A stretch of DNA of 64,000 nt from Desulfuromonadales bacterium (GTDB lineage: Bacteria > Desulfobacterota > Desulfuromonadia > Desulfuromonadales > SZUA-540): NCBI GenBank assembly GCA_033549025.1, contig JAWSUS010000009.1, positions 1 through 64,000 on the forward strand. The letters are read 5' to 3'. The notes under the pieces are model-generated. The model did no database searches, was not told where the DNA came from, and worked only from the letters and a program-made list of their open reading frames with translations. Each line of letters starts with the position of its first letter. The first letter of the stretch is position 1. Positions 23,460 to 34,611 of this stretch are shown here, piece after piece. A program made the translations under genes and the position numbers.

Positions 23460-24152
23460 ATGTCTCTTTCTGCGCAACTGAAATTTGACGCCCACGGCCT
23501 GCTCCCCGCCATCACCCGCGACGCGGCGACCGGCGAGGTGCTTATGCTGGCTTACATGAATGCCGAAGCGGTCGACCTCACCGTCAAGACCGGCAAGGTT
23601 CACTACTATTCCCGTTCGCGGCGGGCGCTTTGGATGAAAGGCGAGAGCTCGGGGCATGTGCAGACGGTGCGGGAGATCCGCTTCGACTGCGATGCCGACT
23701 GCCTGCTGATCACCGTCGAACAGGAAGGGGCGGCCTGCCATACCGGCCATCACTCCTGTTTCCACCGTATCTTCGAGGAGGGCGAGGTGCGCAGCGACGG
23801 GGAGAAAGAGGTGGACGCCACGGCCCTCTACGCCAGGCAGGACATCCTCGACGCGGTTTATCACGTGATCCAGGAGCGGCGCCAAAATCCGTCGGAGAAG
23901 TCCTACGTCGCCTCGCTCTTTGCCAAGGGGCTCGACAAGATCCTTGGCAAGATCGGCGAAGAAGCCACCGAGACCGCCGTGGCCGGCAAGGGCGGTGACC
24001 GGGACGAAGTCGTCTATGAAGTGGCGGATCTCTTTTTTCACACCCTGATTCTGCTGGGTTACTACGACCTGCCGCCGGAGAGAATCTACCAGGAACTGCG
24101 GCGTCGCTTCGGTCTGAGCGGCATCGAAGAGAAGGAAAGCCGGGACAAATAA
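23460..24152 (+). CDS. hisIE: bifunctional PR-AMP cyclohydrolase / PR-ATP diphosphatase
   Basis: LMLAYMN, SRSR..LW.KGESSG, DCDAD, ACHTG..SCF, KIGEEA.E, EVADL. Confidence 0.95.
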   Translation: MSLSAQLKFDAHGLLPAITRDAATGEVLMLAYMNAEAVDLTVKTGKVHYYSRSRRALWMKGESSGHVQTVREIRFDCDADCLLITVEQEGAACHTGHHSCFHRIFEEGEVRSDGEKEVDATALYARQDILDAVYHVIQERRQNPSEKSYVASLFAKGLDKILGKIGEEATETAVAGKGGDRDEVVYEVADLFFHTLILLGYYDLPPERIYQELRRRFGLSGIEEKESRDK

Positions 24153-24164
24153 GCTCAAAGCATT

Positions 24165-24304
24165 TTGCGCCCGTTCGCTTCGCTCACTTGAGCTCGCGGA
24201 GAACGCAGCGTTTAATCCCATATTAATACCAATTCTTTTCGATGGTCTTTCTTCCGCGTCCTCTGCGCTCTCTAGCGTCGGCAAGGAGCGGGCGCGAGGC
24301 CGAT
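24165..24304. repeat. intergenic palindromic repeat, copy 3 (two inverted arms with AT-rich centre)
   Basis: gcgcccgttcg..gagctcgcggagaacgcag left arm; right arm 24244-24304 is the reverse complement of copy 1. Confidence 0.8.
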
Positions 24305-24329
24305 TCGAACTTAAAAAGGAACCGATGCC

Positions 24330-24776
24330 ATGAGTCTGCAGGAACAATTGAACACCGCCATGAAGGACGCCATGAGGGCCAAGGACAGTTTGCGCCTCAA
24401 TACGATCCGCATGATCCGCACCGCCATCAAGAACCGCGAGATCGACGAGCGCAAAGAACTCGACGATCAGGGGGTGATCGCCGTGCTGTCGACGGTGGTG
24501 AAGCAGCGGCGCGAATCGGCCCAGGTCTACCGCGAGAACGGCCGACCCGAACTGGCCGAAAAGGAAGAGCAGGAACTCGCCGTGGTCATGGAGTTTCTCC
24601 CTTCCCAGCTCAGCGATGATGAGCTCAAAGCGCTAATCGAGGAAGCGGTGACCGAGGTGGGCGCGGCCTCCCTGAAGGACATGGGCAAGGTCATGAAAGT
24701 GGTGGCGGCGAAAACGACCGGGCGCGCCGACGGCAAGATCGTCAGCGAGCTGGTCAAGGCGCGCCTTTCGGCCTGA
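24330..24776 (+). CDS. GatB/YqeY domain protein
   Basis: MK.AMRAKD..RL.TIR, KQRRES, E..EL..L..FLP.QL, DMGKVM. Confidence 0.9.
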   Translation: MSLQEQLNTAMKDAMRAKDSLRLNTIRMIRTAIKNREIDERKELDDQGVIAVLSTVVKQRRESAQVYRENGRPELAEKEEQELAVVMEFLPSQLSDDELKALIEEAVTEVGAASLKDMGKVMKVVAAKTTGRADGKIVSELVKARLSA

Positions 24777-24807
24777 GTCGGCGCCGACGGGCCGGCGGAG
24801 TCATGGA

Positions 24808-25299
24808 ATGAACATTGTCGACATCGCCATTCTGGTTATCCTGGCCGGGTTTACCCTCAAGGGCCTGCTGCGTGGACTGTTGAAGGAGCTGTGCTCCCTG
24901 CTCGGCCTGGTCACCGGTGCCCTGTTCGCCCTCTATTTCCACGCACCCCTGGCCGAGCTGCTGGTGGAGTCCTTCCGGTTTCCGCTCAAGCTGGCTGTCG
25001 GCATCGCTTACGTCGTCCTGTTTGTGGTCTGCCTGCTCTTTTTCGCGCTGCTGGGCTACCTGCTCTCCCGCTTCGTCAAGCTCGTCTTCCTGGGCGGGGT
25101 GAACCGGGTTGCCGGCGGCTTTTTCGGCCTAATGCAGGGGGGAGTGCTGCTGGCTATCGGCCTGTTCGCCCTGAGTATCGGGCCGCTACCCGCCACCCTC
25201 GGCCCCATGCTCAAGGGCTCCCAGCTGGCACCTCCCTTCGTCCGGCTGGGGCAGGTTGTTTTTGAGGAGAGCCGGGATTTTTATTCGTCCCGCTCCTGA
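24808..25299 (+). CDS. CvpA family membrane protein
   Basis: MNIVD...GLLRG..KE..SL.G; four TM segments; NR..GG.FG. Confidence 0.85.
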   Translation: MNIVDIAILVILAGFTLKGLLRGLLKELCSLLGLVTGALFALYFHAPLAELLVESFRFPLKLAVGIAYVVLFVVCLLFFALLGYLLSRFVKLVFLGGVNRVAGGFFGLMQGGVLLAIGLFALSIGPLPATLGPMLKGSQLAPPFVRLGQVVFEESRDFYSSRS

Positions 25300-25350
25300 A
25301 AGTCTACCCCCTGAAGTAAAGGTGGTACGCGGTGACGAAGAAGATTGTTG

Positions 25351-27714
25351 ATGACTGAAGAAACCCTGCGGGTGCTGGAATATGACAAGGTCAGGCAGCT
25401 GCTGGCCGCGCAGGCCCTGACCGTACCGGGACGGCGACTGCTCGAAGCGCTGCAGCCTCTCGATGAGGCCGGCGCGGTTCGCACGGCCCTGGAGGAAGTC
25501 AGTGAGATGGTCGGGCTGCTCGATGAGCGGGGGCGGCCTCCTCTGGGCGGCTGTCGCGACCTGCAGCCCTGTCTGAACCAGCTGCGAACCGAAGGGACGT
25601 GGCTGCTGCCGGAAATCCTGCTGGATATTCGCTCCACCCTGGAGGCCACCGTCGCCTGCCGGGGATATTTCGCCGAAGGGGAAAAAAAACTGCGGCTTTC
25701 GGTTCTGGCCGTGGATCTGCACGGCTGCCGGGAACTCTATGAAGAGTTGCGGCGCAGCATCGGCCTGCGGGGCGAGATCCTCGACAGCGCCTCCTTCGAG
25801 CTGGGCACCCTGCGTCAGGATATGCTGCAGGTGCGGACCCGCATCAAGCGGGCACTGGAGGGCCTGCTCAGCTCGGACCGGCTCGCCGGTGTCTTTCAGG
25901 ACCAGCTTATCACCGAGCGCCATGGGCGCTATGTGCTGCCGGTCAAGGCGGATCATCGCGGGCGGGTCAAGGGCTTCGTCCACGACGAATCGGCCAGCGG
26001 ACAGACCCTGTTCGTCGAACCGACTTCGGTGCTGGAGGCGAACAACGAACTGCAGACCCTGCAGCGGGAAGAAAAACGCGAGGAAGAACGGATTCTGCGC
26101 CGTCTGGCCGATGCCGTACGGCGGCACGCCGACGTTCTGCGGGAAAACCAGCGGATACTCGCTCATCTCGACGGCAGGACGGCGGCGGCCCGGTTGTCGC
26201 TGCTCATGGAGGGCGTCGCCCCCGAACTGGCGGAGACGCCTGTGCTGGAGCTGCGCCAGGCGCGGCATCCTCTCCTGCTTTTCCACGCCGATGGCAGTCG
26301 GCGGGAAAAGGGGGCCGTTCCCGTCGATGTACGCCTGGGTCGTCAGAGGAGCGCCCTGATTATCAGCGGGCCGAATACCGGCGGCAAGACGGTGGCCCTT
26401 AAGACCGCGGGCCTGCTGCTGCTGATGGTGAAGTCGGGCCTGCATGTGCCCTGTCACCCTGATAGCCAGGTTTACCTGTTCCGCCATGTCTTTGCCGACA
26501 TTGGCGATGAACAGAGCATTGAATCTGACCTCTCCACCTTCTCCGGGCATTTGCAACGGGTCCGGCGCCTGCTGGAGCAGGCCGATAACGATTCGCTGGT
26601 GCTCCTTGATGAGGCCGGCACGGGGACGGATCCGGCGGAAGGTGGCGCCCTGGCGCTGGCCGTGCTGGATACACTGCGAGAGCGGGGAACCCGGGTTTTG
26701 GTGACCACGCATCTCAATGTCGTCAAGCACTACGCCTGGCAGCGGCCCGATGTGGAAAACGCCTCGGTGGAGTTCGACCGCCAGACCCTGCGGCCGACCT
26801 ACCGGCTGCACTACGGCATGCCGGGGGCGAGCAGCGCCTTTGCCATCGCCCGCTGTCTCGGCCTGCCCGAGGACGTACTGCAGCGCGCCGAATCCTATCT
26901 CGGCGCCAAAGAGCGCGAAGGGGAGCAGCAGCTGGAAGCTCTTAATCGGCTCAGCCATAACCTGGAGCAGGAGCGGACGGAGCTCGGGGCCCTGCGGGCC
27001 GCCGCCGAGCAGGACCGGGAGAAACGCCGGCGCCTGCTGGCCGAACTGGAAACGCAAAAGCGGAGTATCATCGAAAAGACGACGCGGCGAGCGGAGCAGA
27101 AAGCCAAAGAGGCCGAGCGCCAGCTCAGGGCGATTCTGAAAGAGGCCCGCGGCGCCGGTGTGGATGCCCGCGCCCAGGCCGAGTTGAACCGCCAGCTGCG
27201 CGAGGTTAAAGAGGAACTGGTGCAGGCGGCTTCGCAACCGGCTGCCGGCGCTGCCCCTAAACAGGTGGAGGTCGGCGAAGTGCTGCGTATCCCGGCGCTT
27301 GCGACCGAGGGTGTGGTGGTCCGAGCCCTGGAGGGCGAGGCCGAGCTCAGCGTGCAGGGGAAGAAGCTACGCCTGCCCCTGGCGCAGCTGGAAGCCTTCA
27401 GCCCGCGCCGTTTCGTGGAAAAGCAGGCCAAAAAGAGTAAGATTCAAAGCCGGGTGGAGCGCGATCACTTTTCTGCCCGGCTTCTGTTGGTGGGCCAGCG
27501 GGCCGAGGAAGCCCTTATTGCCCTGGATCGCTTTGTCGATGACGCCTTGCTGCAGGGCGTGCGCGAGGTGGAGATCGTCCATGGCAGCGGCACCGGCATC
27601 TTGCGCCGCGTGGTGCGGGATTTTCTCGCCGGGCATCGGGGCGTGCAGGCCTTTCGCGGCGGCGACCTGGCCCAGGGCGGAGATAATGTGACCCTTGTCG
27701 AATTGAGACGTTGA
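25351..27714 (+). CDS. mutS2: endonuclease MutS2
   Basis: HDESASGQTLFVEP, GPNTGGKT, DIGDEQSI, STFSGH, DEAG.GTDP; C-terminal Smr domain HGSGTGILR. Confidence 0.93.
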   Translation: MTEETLRVLEYDKVRQLLAAQALTVPGRRLLEALQPLDEAGAVRTALEEVSEMVGLLDERGRPPLGGCRDLQPCLNQLRTEGTWLLPEILLDIRSTLEATVACRGYFAEGEKKLRLSVLAVDLHGCRELYEELRRSIGLRGEILDSASFELGTLRQDMLQVRTRIKRALEGLLSSDRLAGVFQDQLITERHGRYVLPVKADHRGRVKGFVHDESASGQTLFVEPTSVLEANNELQTLQREEKREEERILRRLADAVRRHADVLRENQRILAHLDGRTAAARLSLLMEGVAPELAETPVLELRQARHPLLLFHADGSRREKGAVPVDVRLGRQRSALIISGPNTGGKTVALKTAGLLLLMVKSGLHVPCHPDSQVYLFRHVFADIGDEQSIESDLSTFSGHLQRVRRLLEQADNDSLVLLDEAGTGTDPAEGGALALAVLDTLRERGTRVLVTTHLNVVKHYAWQRPDVENASVEFDRQTLRPTYRLHYGMPGASSAFAIARCLGLPEDVLQRAESYLGAKEREGEQQLEALNRLSHNLEQERTELGALRAAAEQDREKRRRLLAELETQKRSIIEKTTRRAEQKAKEAERQLRAILKEARGAGVDARAQAELNRQLREVKEELVQAASQPAAGAAPKQVEVGEVLRIPALATEGVVVRALEGEAELSVQGKKLRLPLAQLEAFSPRRFVEKQAKKSKIQSRVERDHFSARLLLVGQRAEEALIALDRFVDDALLQGVREVEIVHGSGTGILRRVVRDFLAGHRGVQAFRGGDLAQGGDNVTLVELRR

Positions 27715-29504
27715 TGCACGGTCGCATACCGGAAGACAAGATTCAGGAGATCCGCGACCGCAATGACATTGTGGAGGTCGTCTCCTCCTACCTGCCGCTG
27801 AAGGCGGCGGGGCCCAACAACTTCGGCCTCTGCCCCTTCCACAGCGAGAAGTCGCCGTCCTTCAACGTCAATGCGGCGCGGCAGACTTTTCACTGTTTCG
27901 GGTGCGGCGTGTCCGGCAACGTCTTCTCCTTCCTCATGCGGATGGAGGGACTCTCCTTTGTCGAGGCCGTGCGGCGCCTGGGTGAGCGGGTGGGGGTTCA
28001 GCTCGAACGGGAGACCCTATCGCCGGAAGAAAAGCAGCGCCGCCAGCAGCAGATCCTCTACTACCGCATTAACGAGGCCGCCTGCGACTTCTTTCACGCT
28101 AACCTCATGCGGTCCGAAGAGGCCAAGGCGGCCAGGGAGTATCTCAAGAAGAGAGGATACGGGCATGAGATCGCGCGCGAGTTTCGTCTCGGCTACGCGC
28201 AGGACCGCTGGGACGGGTTGACCCGTGCCCTGGCGGAAAAGGGTTTCGACCCCAAGGATATTCAGACCCTTGGCCTGACGCGGCCCGGACAGCAGGGGCG
28301 GGGGGATTACGACCTCTTCCGTGGTCGGCTCATCTTTCCCATTCTCGACCTGCATGGGCAGGTACAGGCCTTCGGGGGGAGGGTGCTCGGCGATGAACTG
28401 CCCAAGTATCTGAATTCGCCTGAATCGCCGATCTACCACAAGGCGCGTATTCTCTATGGTCTCTACCAGGGCCGGGAAGAGATGCGGCGCAGCGGCGAAG
28501 CAATTGTGGTCGAGGGCTACTTCGATCAGTTGGCCCTGCATCGCGCCGGTTTTCCCCAGGCGGTGGCGACCTGCGGTACCGCCCTGACGGAAGAGCATGC
28601 CCGGCTGCTCAAGCGTTACGCCAAAAAAGCCCTGCTCCTTTTCGATCAGGATGAGGCCGGCCGGCGGGCCACCTTCAAGGCCATGGATGTGCTTCAGGCC
28701 GCCGGCCTGCCCGCCGCCGTTATCGCCCTGGATGAGGGGGACGACCCCGACTCCTTCCTGGCGAAAAAAGGGGCAGAGGCCTTTCGGAGCCGATTGCAGG
28801 CCGCCCGTCCGGTTATGGAAGTCTTCATCGATGACGCCCTGGCCCGGTACGGAGGCAGCGTCGAAGGGCAGGCGAAGGCGGTGGAGGAAGTCGCCGCCAA
28901 GCTGCGTGCCCTGACGGATGAGATCGAGCGCAGCCTCTATATACGCATGGTGGCGCAAAAGGTCGGATTGGACGAGAGCCTGTTGCAGGCCAAGGTTTCG
29001 GGACGCCGGCCGGCAGCGCCGTCGCCCCGACAGGAAATGCGGCCCAAACGGCCGACTGCCTCGCCGCCTTCGGCGCCTGCTGCCGGTCTGCGGGCCCAGA
29101 TGATGCTTCTCTACCTGCTGGTGCGTGAGCCGCGGGCCCAGGAACGTGTAAAAGAGGAGGGAGTTGAAAATCTCTTTTTAGATGCGAATATAAAGGAGCT
29201 TGCTGAAAAAATTCTGACCCTGCCCTCCCAGGAAACCTCATCGGCCGAAAGTCTGTTGTCCCTGGCTGCCGATGACGTTCAGCAAGATATTGTGCGGGGG
29301 GTTTTGCGCGAAGATGCCGCCGCTTTTGCCGAGGAGGCGGAAGCTATTTTTGTCGATTGCCGCCAGGCCGTGGCCAAGGAGAGGCTCCGGCGGCGCAAAC
29401 AGGAGCTTCATCAGCTTATCCAGAGAGCCGAGAGCAGCGGCGATCTGCCGGAGATGGCCAGATTGCAGGTAGAACTCATGCAGGTGAACCGTCAACTGAA
29501 ATAA
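27714..29504 (+). CDS. dnaG: DNA primase
   Basis: CPFH.EK.PSF Zn finger, FGGR, KYLNSPES, VEGYFD, FDQDEAG. Confidence 0.96.
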   Translation: MHGRIPEDKIQEIRDRNDIVEVVSSYLPLKAAGPNNFGLCPFHSEKSPSFNVNAARQTFHCFGCGVSGNVFSFLMRMEGLSFVEAVRRLGERVGVQLERETLSPEEKQRRQQQILYYRINEAACDFFHANLMRSEEAKAAREYLKKRGYGHEIAREFRLGYAQDRWDGLTRALAEKGFDPKDIQTLGLTRPGQQGRGDYDLFRGRLIFPILDLHGQVQAFGGRVLGDELPKYLNSPESPIYHKARILYGLYQGREEMRRSGEAIVVEGYFDQLALHRAGFPQAVATCGTALTEEHARLLKRYAKKALLLFDQDEAGRRATFKAMDVLQAAGLPAAVIALDEGDDPDSFLAKKGAEAFRSRLQAARPVMEVFIDDALARYGGSVEGQAKAVEEVAAKLRALTDEIERSLYIRMVAQKVGLDESLLQAKVSGRRPAAPSPRQEMRPKRPTASPPSAPAAGLRAQMMLLYLLVREPRAQERVKEEGVENLFLDANIKELAEKILTLPSQETSSAESLLSLAADDVQQDIVRGVLREDAAAFAEEAEAIFVDCRQAVAKERLRRRKQELHQLIQRAESSGDLPEMARLQVELMQVNRQLK

Positions 29505-29573
29505 AAAATGTTTCGATATTAGAAATAAATCCACCAGGCCCCGCCAGGCAGGGGCAAGAGGAGAAGAGGTTCA

Positions 29574-31331
<1,758 letters not shown>

Positions 31332-31354
31332 GCGAAAAAAAAGGGAAAATGGCC

Positions 31355-31383
31355 TTGACACGCCTGAGCCCAGGCCATAAACT
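31355..31383 (+). promoter_or_regulatory. sigma70 promoter of tRNA
   Basis: TTGACA-17 nt-TAAACT. Confidence 0.65.
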
Positions 31384-31403
31384 AGGCGCTTGTTCAAAGC
31401 AAC

Positions 31404-31479
31404 GGGCCTATAGCTCAGTTGGTAGAGCCACCGGCTCATAACCGGTTGGTCCCAGGTTCGAATCCTGGTGGGCCCACCA
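31404..31479 (+). tRNA. tRNA with CAT anticodon, most likely tRNA-Ile2 (lysidine)
   Basis: Cloverleaf GGGCCTA..TAGCTCAGTTGGTAGAGC..ACCGG CTCATAA CCGGT..GGTTCGAATCC..CCA. No initiator features; position after rpoD is typical of Ile2. Confidence 0.93.
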
Positions 31480-31552
31480 ACAAGGAAGCGCATGAGACGA
31501 ACGCTCATATTGCACATACAACAGACAGAAAAAGCAAAACCATAAGTTCACA

Positions 31553-31589
31553 GGAGTGCAACCAGACCCAGAGTTGCACTCTTTTTTTT
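31553..31589 (+). terminator. intrinsic terminator after tRNA
   Basis: ggagtgcaac/gttgcactct stem followed by T-tract. Confidence 0.8.
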
Positions 31590-31614
31590 GGTATTCAAAC
31601 GTAACAAGCGGAGC

Positions 31615-32739
31615 ATGAAGAAAGAACAGATCGTTCGCATACAGGATCTCGTCGGCCTGATCCATTCCCTCTATCCTGCGGCCCTGGCCGAGGAATGGGA
31701 TAATGTCGGGCTGCAGGTCGGGGATCCGGCGGCCGCAGTGAAGACCGCCCTGATCTGCCTGGATCCCACGGAAAAGGCCCTGACCGCCGCCCGCTCGGCG
31801 GGGGCCCAGGCCATCATCTCCCACCACCCTCTCATCTTTCGCCCCCTTAAAAATATCCAGCCCACCGACGAAACAGGCCGCATCCTTTTCCAGGCTATCC
31901 GCGACGGCATCGCTGTCTTCAGTGCGCATACCAATCTCGACCGGGGACGTGACGGCCTCAACGACTGGCTTGCCCACGCCCTGCAGTTGACGCAGGTGGT
32001 TCCCCTGGCCTTGGGCGGCAGCCTGGTCAAGCTGGTGGTTTTTGTACCCCGTGGCCACGAAGAGGCGGTGTCAGAGGCTCTCTTTGCCGCCGGGGCCGGC
32101 CAGGTCGGTCGCTATGACCGGGTCTCTTTCCGCAGTGCGGGGCAGGGCAGTTTTCGGCCGGGGCCCGGCGCCCAACCGTTTATCGGCGCCATCGGCGAGA
32201 CCGAGCGGGTCGACGAGCTGCGACTGGAAGTCATTCTGCCGCGGGAGATGGTGAACAAAGTGGTCAGCAAGATGATCAAGGCCCATCCCTACGAGGAGGT
32301 GGCCTATGATCTTATCCCGCTGCTCAACAGTCCGTCGGATATCGGCTTGGGCCGCCTTGGGCGCCTGTCCGAACCAACCACCCTTGCGGACTTCACCGAA
32401 CGCGTCAAGCAGGCTCTCGGGCTCTCGTCCCTGCGCATCGTCGGTGGCGCGGATCACCGCATTGCCAAGGTCGCGGTGTGTGGCGGCAGTGGCGCTTCCC
32501 TCCTTAACGAGGCCAAGCGCCAGGGGGCTGACGTACTGGTGACGGGTGATGTGAAGTACCATGAGGCGCGCCAGGCCCAAAGCCAGAATATGGCCCTCAT
32601 TGACGCCGGCCACTTTGCCACCGAACGGCTTATGGTGCCGAATCTGGCGAGGGTGCTCAAAGAGGAAGCAATCAAGAGAAAACTGGAAGTCGAATTCATA
32701 GAAATGGAAGGGGAGGGGGATCCGTTTAGCGCGGTCTGA
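31615..32739 (+). CDS. Nif3-like dinuclear metal centre protein
   Basis: WDNVGLQVG, HHPLIF, HTNLD, HPYEEVAYD, GDVKYH, DAGHFATE. Confidence 0.92.
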   Translation: MKKEQIVRIQDLVGLIHSLYPAALAEEWDNVGLQVGDPAAAVKTALICLDPTEKALTAARSAGAQAIISHHPLIFRPLKNIQPTDETGRILFQAIRDGIAVFSAHTNLDRGRDGLNDWLAHALQLTQVVPLALGGSLVKLVVFVPRGHEEAVSEALFAAGAGQVGRYDRVSFRSAGQGSFRPGPGAQPFIGAIGETERVDELRLEVILPREMVNKVVSKMIKAHPYEEVAYDLIPLLNSPSDIGLGRLGRLSEPTTLADFTERVKQALGLSSLRIVGGADHRIAKVAVCGGSGASLLNEAKRQGADVLVTGDVKYHEARQAQSQNMALIDAGHFATERLMVPNLARVLKEEAIKRKLEVEFIEMEGEGDPFSAV

Positions 32740-32810
32740 TTCCCCTTTCCCGTTTCAACCGTTTCGCTGTCAAGCAACAACCTGAAAGTTTCAACCGGGA
32801 GGTAAGGAAG

Positions 32811-33518
32811 GTGCAAGCAAAGATGGAAAAGCTCAGAGATCTGCAGGGACTGGATCAGGAACTCATCGGTATTCGCCACAAGCGTCAGACGCTCGAAAAA
32901 GAGCAGCAGGCTCTTGGCGAGGACCAGGCCCGCATCCAGGCCATGGTGGACAAACTCGACGGCGAGATCGACGCCCTCAAGGAGGAGCGGGCTGCCTTGC
33001 AGCAGGCCCTCGTCCAGGAACAGGACAACGTGCAGAAGGCGGAAAGCCGTCTGCCGGCCATCAAGACCCAGAAGGAGTACGTGGCCGTCCTCAAGGAGGT
33101 CGATACCGCCAAGAAGATGAACAAGGAACTTCTCGACAGCATTCAGCGCAAGGACGCCGAGATTGACGTGCTCGCCAAGGATCGGGAGGAAAAGGCCGAG
33201 GAACTGGGGGCCCTGCAGGAGAAAGCCGGCGCCCGCAACGCCGAAATCGATGCCGCCATGGCCGAGTTCGACGGCGTCCTCGAAGAAAAAGGGGGGCAGC
33301 GGGAGGCCTTGCTCAAGGAGCTCTCCACCACCGTGCGCAAGCGCTACCAGATGCTGCTTGAGCGGCGGGGCGGTATCGCCGTGGTCGAGGCCCGCAACGA
33401 GACCTGCCTCGGCTGCAACATGCATCTGCCGCCGCAGCTTTTTAACAACCTGTTCACGGCCGACGAGATCCAGAGCTGCCCCCACTGCAATCGCCTCCTG
33501 TACGTCTTGCCCCGCTGA
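32811..33518 (+). CDS. coiled-coil C4-type zinc-ribbon protein
   Basis: Long coiled coil, then CLGCNM.LPPQ...CPHCNRLL; typical nif3 neighbour. Confidence 0.88.
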   Translation: MQAKMEKLRDLQGLDQELIGIRHKRQTLEKEQQALGEDQARIQAMVDKLDGEIDALKEERAALQQALVQEQDNVQKAESRLPAIKTQKEYVAVLKEVDTAKKMNKELLDSIQRKDAEIDVLAKDREEKAEELGALQEKAGARNAEIDAAMAEFDGVLEEKGGQREALLKELSTTVRKRYQMLLERRGGIAVVEARNETCLGCNMHLPPQLFNNLFTADEIQSCPHCNRLLYVLPR

Positions 33519-33558
33519 CCTCTTGTCTTTTCGGGCAAAGACATCGATAATGGCACAC

Positions 33559-33945
33559 GGCTGGAGAAGGACAGATGATCGCTGGCCCCTTCGGGGGCGG
33601 GAGGAAAGTCCGGGCTCCATAGGGCAGGATGGTCCCTAACGGGGACCGGGGGCGACCCCAGGGAAAGTGCCACAGAGAGGAGACCGCCCGTCCACGCTTC
33701 GGCGAAGACGGGTAAGGGTGAAAGGGTGAGGTAAGAGCTCACCAGTTCCGGCGGTGACGTCGGAAGCTCGGTAAACCCCATCCGGAGCAAGACCAAATAG
33801 GGGAGCGTTTGAGGGCGGCCCGTCCGAAGCTCCCGGGTTCGGTTGCTTGAGGCTGTCGGCAACGGCAGCCCTAGAGGAATGATCATCACCCCGTCGCGGG
33901 GAACCGCGGCGAGGAACAGAACCCGGCTTACGGCCTTCTCCAGCC
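33559..33945 (+). ncRNA. rnpB: RNase P RNA (class A)
   Basis: GAGGAAAGTCCGGGCTC, GAAAGTGCCACAGA, GGTAAACCCC..GGAGCAA, AACAGAACCCGGCTTA; terminal pairing ggctggagaagg/ccttctccagcc. Confidence 0.96.
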
Positions 33946-34005
33946 TGCTTTTTTTTGCGCAAACGGCACGTCCTTTTTCCGGCCGTGCCGTTTGCCGTTT
34001 ACAGG

Positions 34006-34560
34006 ATGCCGATGACGTCTTGTCCCGAGATTTTTCACCGCTGGTCCCGCATCGTCGACACCGTGCGGGCGGAGTTTCTGCAGCTGTCCTCCCCGGAGCG
34101 GGACTGGATGGAGCACCGCCTGCGAAGCATCGGGCTTCTGCAGGAGCAGCTCCAGGCTCTTTTTCTCCAAGCCGGTGGGGATAAGTGCTGCGCCGATTGT
34201 CTGGGGGCCTGCTGTGACTGCGGCAAAAATCACCTGACCCTGGTGAACCTGCTGGGACTCCTGCAGGCGGGAGCGACGATTCCCCGGCCGGATTTTACGG
34301 CGCCCTGCCCCTTTCTGGGCCTGTCCGGCTGCCTGCTGCCGGCGAGCTTTCGCCCCTTCAATTGCGTCACTTTCAATTGCGAACAGGTCGAGAACCGCAT
34401 GACGCCGGCGGAGCGGGAAGAGTTTTACGACATTGAAAGGCGCCTGCGTCAGCTCTATACTGAATTTGACGCGCGCTACGCCGGCGCCGGGCTGAGCGGC
34501 CTCTTCATTCGGCAGGAGCGTTTGGCCGGCCAGGCTTTTCTGGCCCGCAAGTCCGCCTAG
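34006..34560 (+). CDS. Cys-rich hypothetical protein (YkgJ-like Zn/Fe-S cluster pattern)
   Basis: CCADCLGACCDC ... CPFL...GCLL....RPFNC..FNC. Confidence 0.7.
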   Translation: MPMTSCPEIFHRWSRIVDTVRAEFLQLSSPERDWMEHRLRSIGLLQEQLQALFLQAGGDKCCADCLGACCDCGKNHLTLVNLLGLLQAGATIPRPDFTAPCPFLGLSGCLLPASFRPFNCVTFNCEQVENRMTPAEREEFYDIERRLRQLYTEFDARYAGAGLSGLFIRQERLAGQAFLARKSA

Positions 34561-34611
34561 CCGGTTCGGGCGATTATTTTTCAGGCCTTATCGGGCCGAG
34601 GAGGGATACCT

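Noticed and set aside
21688..24304. Repeats as a CRISPR array
   Set aside because: Copies are kb apart, degenerate, in both orientations, separated by his genes; no cas genes
31480..31600. Integrated element at the tRNA 3' end
   Set aside because: No integrase or duplicated tRNA end; only a short AT-rich trailer and terminator before nif3
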